Of a stretch of DNA of 64,000 bases, positions 33,854 through 43,670 are shown in pieces. A program made the translations under genes and the position numbers. How positions within the stretch are numbered: the first letter of the stretch is position 1; every line of letters starts with the position of its first letter. Under the pieces are notes generated by a model, which saw only the letters and a list, made by a program, of their open reading frames with translations, made no database searches and had not been told where the DNA came from. The stretch is from Rebecca billardiae RCC1528 (Eukaryota; Protista; Haptophyta): assembly GCA_965240325.2 (NCBI GenBank), contig OZ251229.1:1426001-1490000 (forward strand), written 5' to 3'.

Positions 33854-34836
33854 CCTGCCGCCGGGCTCGCGCCACACGGATGGCCGCCGCGAGGATACCC
33901 AACGCCAATGTGTGCCGCGGCGTTGATGCGCAGCCTCCCTTGTGCAAGGGCAAGATGGCGGCGCATCGACAGTCTTCGGAGACGATGAGGATCGAGGAAA
34001 GAAAAGAAAATCCCCCGAAATTCCAGCCCCATCGTGGATCGAAAGCTGCTCACCACGGTGGCTAGCAGCGGCCTGCGGCGCGACGCTAAGCTGTGACTGT
34101 GTGCGTCTGTTATTATTAGTAAACTGTAGCGTCAATCTCACCTGCCTGAGCTGTGTGCGTCTCTTATTCTTAGTAAACTGTACGACTACAGTTTACTATA
34201 TGTTTTGACGTGCACACTTGGTTAAGGCGTGATTGGGTCGAGTGCCGACCGGGACGGTGACCGACTGACCGAGCAGCGCTCGTCGAACTGTCAGTCACCG
34301 CCTGTCGCATGGCGAAATTGCGAAAAGCCCGAGTGCCCGCCTGATGCGACGTCGATCACACTAATCACTGTCGTCGTCACTGTCCGTGACTGTCAGTTGA
34401 CAGTATGATGACACTTCGTGGCTCACTCTCATTAGTCATTCCAGTCATGACTCATGCCTAACAGGGCACAGGCTGGCGGGTCCGATAAATTGACCGATTG
34501 TCTAGTTAGGAATCATGATGATGCATGAGTCCTGAGGCTGAGTACGTCGTCGATGATTCTATTATTAATAAAAATATGACACGTATAATTATTCAATCGC
34601 CGGCCGCGCTTTGCCAATGACAGCCGTCACGGCGCGCACACGATGCTGCAGCACGAATCATCGGAATGGTCGAATACAGCGACACGTCCAAGATATCACG
34701 CCGCGCGTAGCTCGTATTCATGATGTCGCAGCACAATCAATAATCAGCAGAGACTGAGATGCCAGCAGCAAAGCGGTAGTGCGCAGAGCCAGGCCTCACT
34801 CGCAACGCTGATGTGGGCCCAAGGCGCGCTGCTCAC

Positions 34837-35729
34837 CTAGACGATGGCGGGCATTTGCGCGAGCTCTGTGCCAACCGCCTCGACTCGCACGAGCGCCACC
34901 GCCACTGCGCGCCTCAGCTGCGCAAGCGCGCCCACCGAGCAGTGGAAGGTGTGCAAGCGTGCGGCGCGCGCGTCTGCAGCCAGCGATGAGGCGCCGTCGC
35001 TCGCCACGTCGTCGAGCACCGCCAGCTGTCCAGCGGTGGGCGCAGCGGCGCGAGGGCGAGGGGTATCGGCATGTGATGGGCCGCCCTGGGCGCGGCCGGG
35101 CGCCATCGCGCGGCACGAGGACGGGCCGCGCCGCATGCGCGCGCACGCACCTCCATGTGCAAGTGTGGCCTCAGCACGCGCTGCAGCGCCGAGCTGCTGA
35201 TCACGACGTCGATGCGCCAGCGCACCCCTGCGTACGAAGGCAGGAATGCGCCGAGCGGTGCTCGCGCTCGATCACCGCCGCGCGGCGCGCCGAGGACTGG
35301 CGCGCCCGACAGCTGTGCGAGCGAGGCACGCTCGACACGCTGGCGAGCGCGGTCGACCGCCTTCATCACGAGCGGCACAACAGCGTCAGGCAGGTGCGCC
35401 TCCTCGCGTAGCGCCCGCTCGAGGAAGCGGGCGGGCGTGGCCGAGCGCAGCGCCCCGCGAAGCAGCACCGCCGTGCCGACGATGAGGTGTGCGGCAGCGT
35501 TGTGGTCGAGGCGCGGCGGCGGCTTGTGTGCGAGCGGCCCAGCTTGCCACAGCTCTGTGTGCTCCGCCACATCGAGGGCGACGAGCCGGTCGATGGCGGC
35601 CGGGTCGTAGCCCAGGCCACAGGCCGCGTCGAGGGCGGGCGCGATGACGAGCTTGGCCCCTCGCGGCGTGAGACGGGCGAGCGCTCGCATCGCGTGCGCG
35701 GCCTCCGCGGACGTGCTGAGGGCCGCCAT
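34837..35729 (-). CDS. COMMD5: COMM domain-containing protein 5; intron 35026-35150
   Basis: LPSYAGVRWRIDVVISSSALQRVLRPHLHME|L...FHCSVGALAQLRRAVAVAL is the COMM domain in its COMMD5 form. Confidence 0.8.
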
Positions 35730-35797
35730 CGCCGTGATGGCTGTCGTCTACTTGTAGCTACAGTAAGCTAGTTACAGTTAATACGAGTACGTACTCA

Positions 35798-37877
35798 GTG
35801 GCATGCAACGGGCAGGCGTCAGAGTCAGCAAGCTGTAGCAGCAGATCGAGCAGCAGAGACAAACACCAGGATCAGCGCTCCTCGCCGTCGTCCCCCCCCC
35901 CCCCCCCCCTCCCCCCCCCCTCGTAGTCGCCCATCACTCCATCGCCGAGCGGAAGCTCGACGCACCGTCTGGCGTCGACGCGCGCGCGCCACCGCGGTGG
36001 TTGCGGTGCCATGCGTCGTCAGCCGTCGTCTCGAAGTAGTCGTCGTGCGCAGCGCCCCCGCGGGCGCGTGCCCCCGGGCGCACGTGCACCATGCGCGCGC
36101 GGGCGATAAGCATCTTGGCCTGGCCACGCAGGCAGCACATGCCCAGCTCGCGCCGCATGGTGCCGAGCAGCGCGCGCTCGGCGGCGGGGCGCGAGGGCGC
36201 GCTGAGGCGCGCGCGCCACGTGTCCCGCCCCATCTTGGCGATCTTCTTGAGGGTGAGGCCCAACTCCGCGCTCCACTCGCCGAACGCCCCAACGACGATC
36301 GGGACGATCGTGGGGAAGGTGTCGAGCCGCGCCTCGTACGGGCCCACCTGGCCCTCAAGCGTGCCGAAGGCCTCGCGGTCGAGGAGCTGCAGCTGCTTGC
36401 GCCGATCGCGCGGGACGAGTTCCGCGCGGTGGCGCACCGCACCGTTGCGGCCGTCGCTCAACCTGTAGCGCGACGAGTTGAGCGAGATGGTCTTGACCTC
36501 GAACAGGTTGCAGTTGCCGTGCACCTCGGCAACCAGGCCCACCACCGGCACGCGCTTGCGGTCCGTGCCGAGCGCCGCCTGCGCCTGGGCGGCGGACTGG
36601 GCGTGCACCGAGCCGAACACGTAGGTGTCCTCCGGCAAGGCGGACACACCGGCGTACGTGCGGAAGCACCCCGCCAGCACGCGGATCACCGGGTCGTGCC
36701 GGTAGCGTGCGACGCGGTCGCCGGGGAGCGCGTTGCGGCCGGACGCGCTAAGGAGCGCGTCGCCGTACGCGTCCACCCGGACGCCGGGACCCGAGCGCGT
36801 GGGCACGTACGCCCCGGCCTGGGCCAGCGGCGCGCAGATTGGGCAGGGGATCCCGAGCGCGCGCGCCGCGATCTCGAGCCACTCACCCTGGTGGTGGACC
36901 GCCGCCCTGCCGATCGGGAGCGCGCCAACGAACGCGAGTGAGGCACGGTCCACGTTCTGGATGAGGTCCCCACGGCGGTCGTCCGGCGGGAGAGAGCCGA
37001 GCTGCTGCCGCAGGAGCCAGCAGTGGGTGTTCTCGACGTCCTCCGTGATGTCCTTGGCGAGGCTGTAGTAGATGGTGCCGTCCACAGCCTGGCGTGCCTC
37101 GGGTGCCACCTCACCCGCGGGGAGATGGAGCACGCAGTAAGGCTGCCGGTTGGGCACAGCGGGCGCCTCGTGCTCAGCGAGCTGGATGCGCTCCCAGATG
37201 GTCGCGAGCGTCCGCCCGAGCGCCGAGCCCGACTGCAGAAACTGGCGCCATCCGGCGGCGCGCATGTCCACGAACGCGTCACGGCCCACGCGCGCGACGA
37301 TGGAGTCGCGCTCGACGACGCCGCGCACGGCGACACCGCCCTGCATGGGGGCGAGGCGGTCGAGGAACGCGGGAACAGCGGCGTGGGCCCCCGCCCAGAA
37401 GGCGGCGGGTGCCCGCTGCGCCGCCGAGCGCAGGGCGAGCCCCCCCAGGCGGACGGGCAGGCGGAGCCGCTGCGGCATGATGTCGTCGAGCTGGTCGTCG
37501 GTGGAGAAGCCGAGCGCGACGCCGGCCTGACGGAGGATGATAGCGCCAAACTGCTCACACGCCTCGGCGGTGGCGTCGGGCTCGATGTGGCGGAGGAAGT
37601 AGTCGAGCTTCATCGAGGTCGAGTAGTGCGTGAGCACCCACAGCCCCTGCTTGTGCGCCGAGCCGAGCCTGTTGTTCAGCTTGTTCGAGATGCCAGCGCT
37701 CTCGGCACACTTGCCGGAGAGGTAGGTGGCCACGTAACCCTCGGTCCCGACGGGCACGCCATACACCGTGACGCCGTGGTGAGCGACGCCGTCTGCGTCC
37801 GTCAGCGTGCCGCGTCGCCCCGGTGCTCGCTCGTCCAGCAGGTGGTCGTCGCTGTCCAGTTCAGTTCGGGGACCGCA
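35798..37877 (-). mobile_element. 5'-truncated RLE-type (CRE/NeSL-like) non-LTR retrotransposon: end of RT/thumb, degenerate Zn knuckle, restriction-like endonuclease and 3' UTR
   Basis: ORF 35934-37766: YGVPVGTEGYV, LRLPVRLGGLALRS..APAAF, CPIC..DAYGD, RHD, FEVKTI, VPIVVGAFGEWS. No RT core or ATG upstream; poly-G in the 3' UTR. Confidence 0.8.
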
Positions 37878-38322
37878 TCATTGTCCAAGCGGAAGGGTTC
37901 AGACTTCAGACTGTGATTCAGACTTGTTCATCACGAAGCGGGGAGGATGAACGCGATTGGGCTACGGACGCACGCGTTTTGCCACGAGGCTTCTCAAGGT
38001 GTCTCTGAATTCCTAATCGGCTCCACTTGTGATCTGTCGTGAATCACAAACGCCTATGCTTCAGGTTTGGCTCGACTCTAACTAACAAACAATAAGGCAG
38101 GGCTCGCCCCTTCGAGTGGAGCGAGAGCCAATCAGATTTCTTGTGATTCCGGGACGGCGAAGCGACGCGCCGCGAACCGACCCAACGCGACCCTCCCGAT
38201 TCCGACTAGACGCACGACGCGCGTCACTCCTCGCTCACAAGCGCCGAGCGGCGCACGCACTCCGCCTCCCACGGCAGCGACGGACGGGCCGAGCTTCCCC
38301 CGTGCGGGGCCAGCGCGGTAGC

Positions 38323-39219
38323 ATGGCGCAGGCAGGATCCCAGCCTCAGTTCGCGTGGATTCCCCACTCGCTGTCCGCGCATTCGCTCCTTGCCGTATCC
38401 GTTCCGGTCGTCGATGCGCCGCCGCCTTATCATCTCGCTGGGGTGGCGCCTTCGCTTGGCACGGCGGGAGGCGCAGCCGCCGAGTCCCCGGCCATCAGCT
38501 CGCTCAACTTCGCTCCGGTGACCAGCCGGGTCGGCCCTGCCGCACAAGATGCGTCGCGGTCCAGCGAGGAGAACGCCGTCGCCGACGGACGCACTTGCGT
38601 GCAGCCGGGCAGCTGCACAGCTGCGCGGGACGAATGGCGCGGCATGGCAAAGGGCGCGAACGGCCCGCCGTCACCGCCGGGCGGCGTAAGCACAACCATC
38701 GCGCCACCATTCGCGCTGCCGCCGGAGGCGATGGGTTGGCTCACTGGCTGCTCCGGCGGCTACGGCGGCGCGCCAGCGGCGCCTGCGCCGCCACCAGACG
38801 CGGCTCTGGAGAACGATAAGATCGATGCGTTCTGGGCGGGCTCTGCCGTAATCGGCGGCACCTCAGGCCCCGCGATCCCGCCGCCGCCAAACGCCGTCGC
38901 AGCCGGGGGCGCAGCCGGCACGAGGCAAGGCTTTGGCTTCGGCCCAGCCCGGCGCACACCTGCCGGCCGCGGGCGCAGCCTGCACCGGAGGCCCGCAGGC
39001 CGCAAGTCGCACGGCGTGACCAAGACGCCTCGCAGCGCAGCGCCGCCCCCAACGTCTGCCGCGCCGACGGCGACGCAGCTGTTGCACGACGCATCCGGTG
39101 GGTTCGAAACATCGCTTGGCGCCAGCATTATTCCTGAACTCTTCGATGCGAGCACGTTCACCCCCGAGGATTTGCAGCAGCTGGCTGACATCTTCGATCT
39201 CGAGCTTGAGCGTCACTGA
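38323..39219 (+). CDS. Hypothetical low-complexity protein with acidic/hydrophobic C-terminus
   Basis: Single open frame of ~298 aa from an ATG; no recognised domain. Confidence 0.35.
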   Translation: MAQAGSQPQFAWIPHSLSAHSLLAVSVPVVDAPPPYHLAGVAPSLGTAGGAAAESPAISSLNFAPVTSRVGPAAQDASRSSEENAVADGRTCVQPGSCTAARDEWRGMAKGANGPPSPPGGVSTTIAPPFALPPEAMGWLTGCSGGYGGAPAAPAPPPDAALENDKIDAFWAGSAVIGGTSGPAIPPPPNAVAAGGAAGTRQGFGFGPARRTPAGRGRSLHRRPAGRKSHGVTKTPRSAAPPPTSAAPTATQLLHDASGGFETSLGASIIPELFDASTFTPEDLQQLADIFDLELERH

Positions 39220-39671
39220 TATCTCGGAGTCGCGGATCAGTCAGTCATTCCTGCGGCGCAGCAGCGGCCGTGGCTCACTCGCAGCGGCAGCGGCCAGCGG
39301 GCCAGGGTCAGCAGTGAGCTAGCGTACCCCGCGGACCGCCGTCACTTGACACTCTTCGCGCACGGCGCGGGCCCGCGGCACCGCTTGCAGCGGGCCTGGC
39401 ACCGTCCCCGACGACGCAGCGCCAACGATGGCACGCGGATCACATTAAACATCAATATTCATTCGTATAAGATTCATTGACTACCCGAACTCGTCATTTC
39501 TCCAAATACAGACTAGTTTTTAATTAACTACTGAAAGTGAAAAGCCGCTTCAGCTTCGGCTGCTTTTTTAATAAAGTAAAAAGTGCTGCTGCTTAGTGCT
39601 TTCAGTATTATAAACTAATTAATCTCGCGGTATCGTCATAATACACTCTACTCTATATTATAAATACTCTG

Positions 39672-39757
39672 CTCTCTCTCTCTCTCTCTCTCTCTCTAGT
39701 CTCTCTCTCTCTCTCCGTCTCTCTCTCTCTCTCACTCTGCTCTTTCTCTGGCTCTCT
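39672..39757. repeat. Interrupted (CT)n microsatellite
   Basis: Directly visible. Confidence 0.95.
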
Positions 39758-39772
39758 ATTACTGAACTCGAC

Positions 39773-39990
39773 GTGGTACGCAACGGGCAAGCGTCAGGCT
39801 CAGAGTCAGAGTGCAGCAGACACATAGAATGCGTCCGCGCCTTCCAACCAGGTCAGGCAGTGCGCCACCCGCAGCCCTGCCCCTCTGAGGGAGCAGGGCC
39901 GGGATGGAGCACCGCCTCGGCCTGGGGCACGCGGCGGCGACGGCAGATGCCGCCGGCGGCCGAGCGCCTTCCGGAGCACTTGGATGAGGG
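39773..39990 (-). repeat. Short interspersed repeat sharing the retrotransposon 3'-end motif
   Basis: GTGGTACGCAACGGGCAAGCGTC...CAGAGTCAG...GCAGCAGAC resembles 35798-35860. The body is homologous to 19520-19725. Confidence 0.65.
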
Positions 39991-40779
39991 TGCAAGGTCG
40001 TAGTCAATGTCGCCGCCCGCCGACCTAGCGGCGAGCAGCTGCGGCAGACGGCAGCCGCGGCTGTCGCCCCCGTGCGCCCGCGTGGGCGCCTGGATGAGGA
40101 TGAGGTCGTAGTACGCGTCGCCGCGCGCCGGCCAAGCGGCGCGCAGCTGCAGAAGAGGGGCTTGGAGAGTGAGCGCGCCGCCTAGTGCGCTCTGGGCGAT
40201 GAAGCGGATGAGGTTGTAGTCGGCGTCGCAGCCCGGCCCGCCGGCGGGCTGCTGCAGATGCAGTAGACAGTAATTAATACATCAATTAGTCGTATTACTC
40301 TCAGATTTACGGGTAGCCTACGTTACGTAGCTTGCCCACACGCAGTTAGCTAGTCTGAATTAAGTGACAATCTAAGTCGTCGTACTTCCGAGTTATTCGA
40401 GTAGTAGTCGACAGTCGTTCTATAATGACCGCGTTCCGCGGTCCTTTTCCGTAGAACGAACGTAGTTCGGGGCCCGCGGTGGCGGTGCACCCTCCGTCGC
40501 ACCCTCCGTCGCGATCGAGAGTGGGCCCGCCCGGCCGCGAGCCCGGCAGCGAGTAGACTCCAGCGGCGCGCCGCCGCCCGCCGCGCGGCCGGGCGGGCCC
40601 ATCGCAGCCGCCGGCGAGGCGCCGATTGTGTACAGTCGAAGTCATGGCCGACTGACTATCGTCGGCACGCGCTGCTGCTGCGAGATCGTCGGCGTCGGCA
40701 CGCGCTGCTGCTGCGAGGGCTGCTCGCTCGCCAGCTGACCGAGGCACTCGAGCAAGCCAAGGTATGAGTGAGCACGCCT

Positions 40780-41883
40780 CGGATATCCCACTGCTGTCCT
40801 GTGCCATAGGACTGGGTCCTATGCCACAGGACAGCCACAGGGACGACTCAGTAGACGACATTTTCTCATATTGCCGAATGGTACGACTGCACCTAGGGGT
40901 CGGTAGCAGTGTCGCCACCATCCGCCAGAGCGAGCTTGTTGTGATTTTCGACCACCACCGCATGTTTTGGGCTCCACGGATGGAGCGCGTGAAGCCGTTG
41001 CGGTCGTTGCCGCCTTGCAACTCCACGGCGGCAACGCCGACCGCCATGTGGCACTTGTAGATGACACCCAGCTTGATGCTCACACATCGTGGTTCACTGT
41101 GTTCGACCAGAGCCGTATGAGGTTCATCCCCAATGCGTTTTGGTCCTCGCCAAGCATGGCATTGTACGTCACGCCGGGGCTGCGCGCGCAAGCCGCTGCG
41201 GTCTCTCGCGTCGTCAGGTGGTTGCGATCGAGCATCGGCGCGCATGTAGAGCAAGCCTCGGAGGTAGCCGGAACATCTTGCCATGTCGCGTGCGTGAAAG
41301 GTATCGCACCTGTAGACACGCCATGCGTGTGCCGCAGTCGATTTACGCGACGCTCGACCCGCACGCTCTTGGATTCGTGGGCTCGTGGTCCACAAGGACG
41401 GCCGCCACCATCGTGGGAGGTCCGTGGCCGCACGCACGATGGCGGTTGCCCTCTCTTCGCCCCGCCCCAGAATCGGTGTGCTACGGGCAGCAACGCGCCT
41501 GGCGGCGTGGGCGGCGGTGCGGGCGGCGGCACGGGCATCCGGCGCGAGCACTCGCCTGCGCTGTCCGTGCCCAGGGTCGCCGCTCGGCTGCCAGGGGCGA
41601 GCAACTGACGCTGTCATGTGCTGGTTGTGGGGCCGTCCCTGGCGGGCCGGTAACGGTTGTCTGCGCGCCACAACCGAGCGCGCGCGCGCGCGCGTACGCG
41701 CGCGCGCGCCCGATCGCTGTAGCAGTGGCGGCAGGCGGAGACGGTGTGTGCCAATAGCTGGTTGAGTTGTGTGTACGATATAGCCACGCCGATGATCGTA
41801 CGCGCAGAACTGAGGCGCTGGCGCTCTGGTGATCTTGTCCTATGGCATAGGACTGAGTCCTATCTGTTGCAGGGGGATATCCG
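40780..41883. mobile_element. Nested 1104-bp TIR element with 4-bp TSD (GCCT)
   Basis: TIRs CGGATATCCC / GGGATATCCG; GCCT at 40776-40779 and 41884-41887. The sister copy has the empty site GCAC-GCCT-CGTCGC at ~21512-21525. Confidence 0.85.
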
Positions 41884-42647
41884 GCCTCGTCGCAGCCAGC
41901 CAGGGCCTCCATGATTTTGTACAGCACCTCGCACGCGTCCTGCTGCTGCTGCCCAAACGCCGTTGTCCACCGACAGACCTCCGCGATCGCGTCGTGGAGC
42001 GGCTTGAGCAAGCTACGCGTCGGCCCCACCTCGCTGGGCCACTCGCAGTTGACATGCGCGAGCGCCAGCGAGCGCATGCTGGACACGATGGGGTTGGTGC
42101 ACTGCTCCGCCGCGGCAGATGTGGCGAGCGAGACGATGGAAGGGCACGCGAGCAGCACGGCCAGCAGCGAGCCGAGGTAGCACGTGACGCCTAGGTTGAG
42201 CGTGCCCAGCAGGCTGAGCGAGCCGGCCGGGCGCCCCCGCTGCGGTTGTGCTTGCTCTGCAGCGGGCATTTCCCCGCCGAGCGCGGCGAGTGCCTCGAAG
42301 CGGCTGCCAGCTGTTGGGCCGGATGAGGAGGAGGGAGGGAGCTGGCCTGCTGGGCGCGTGGTGAAGTCGGTGATCAACCGCGCAGCGCCACCGCTGCCGA
42401 GTGCGCCCTCCGCCGCCAGCACCTTGCGGACCTGGCCAAGGAGCTGCTTGATCGCTTTTGTTGACACGCCGTACTCGCTCGCGGCGCCGGGGATGGTCTG
42501 CTTGTGCCTGGCGACGGAGATGGCGGCAGCGGTGCTCTGGAACGTGGTGTTGTTCACCCGCGTCACCGTCCTCGAGTCGAGCAGCGCGTTCAATACGCGG
42601 CGAACGTAGTCCTGGTCGGCGTCGCCGGTCGAGGTGCTGCTTGCCAT
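41884..42647 (-). pseudogene. psq-type HTH fused in frame to USP (C19) Cys-box and QQD-box, interrupted by the nested TIR element
   Basis: One frame: FQSTAAAISVARHKQTIPGAASEYGVSTKAIKQLL ... GTLNLGVTCYLGSLLAVLLACP ... FGQQQQDACEVLYKIMEAL. Confidence 0.62.
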
Positions 42648-43670
42648 CGCCCCCCACGTGCGATCGGGCCCACCTCTGTTGTTTTGCGTCGGTGACGGGG
42701 CCGCGACGGCCGACGACTCGACGCTCGCGAGCATCTTCAATAATCTATGATCATCATCAGGGTTACTACGTGAAGCGGTAGAATAGAATTTCATTTACGA
42801 GCATTGATACGACGCGGTGCAACGTGAAGCGGTTTTTTTTTAAGATACGACGCGGTCTAATGACCCATTGTTCATACATGTACAGCATGAATGGGTCGTC
42901 ATAAACGGCGGGCGGCTCATTTATGACCAGACCGGGCCCTGGGTGATTGATGATCAGAACCCGCAAAAGCTAGCGGCAGTCCAGCACACAAGTAATGAAT
43001 TAATAACAAGCGCAGTCCAGCACACAAGTAATGAACTAATGGCCCGCGGTGCCGGCTGGCTATCTAGATACGTCGTCATCGCTCCTTGATGACCTTGCGG
43101 CAATCTCATTGGCTGGAAAAATCGCTTGTAACGGTTCGTTACGTTATGGATCCTAAAGGGCGTGAAGTTTTTTGGACGGGCGTCACTCCAATATGAACTT
43201 GTCGTGGGCGCGACCTTTGTCGCCGGATGGATACCTCTAGTGCGGTCTCAAAATTCGAAACTCGGTCTCCTCCAGCCCTGAAAATCGTCCCCCGTCCCTT
43301 TTTTCTTGATCAAAGATCTTTTTGAAACGTGGTTCGGGCCCGCTGGTGCGGGCTCCACGCTGCGCGCTCCGCCCTGCACCGCGGGCCATTAATTCTATAT
43401 GCTGATTAGTATTATTTTTATAAATTGACACAGGCACGAGCCCGTGAGGGGCGCCGAGGCTGGCTCCTGATGATTCGTCGTCTGTCGTGGGCGTGGCCGT
43501 ACTACTGACTGGTCGAACCGGGCAGCTTGCACTTGCAGCAGACGCAGTGGCAGTGGTGTGAGCTCGCACGTGTCATCATTGATTATCAATTATTTGATTT
43601 AATTTTTCACATATTTTTTTAAAACAATGACGATTATTCAGTCGCGCGTCAGACTCGTCGCTGCCTACCA

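Larger units (their letters stand above)
40425..43389 (-). mobile_element. Full-length hairpin-terminated non-autonomous element carrying an HTH-USP ORF and a nested TIR insertion
   Basis: Same termini as 21166-22980. The 3' ~350 bp and the USP segment are near-identical to that copy. Confidence 0.85.

Noticed and set aside
40900-41350. Possible USP C-terminal half (CxxC, LxLIR, His-box-like words) downstream of the QQD box
   Set aside because: The segment lies inside the nested TIR element, which is absent from the sister copy. The motifs are weak, split over frames and lack the catalytic His.
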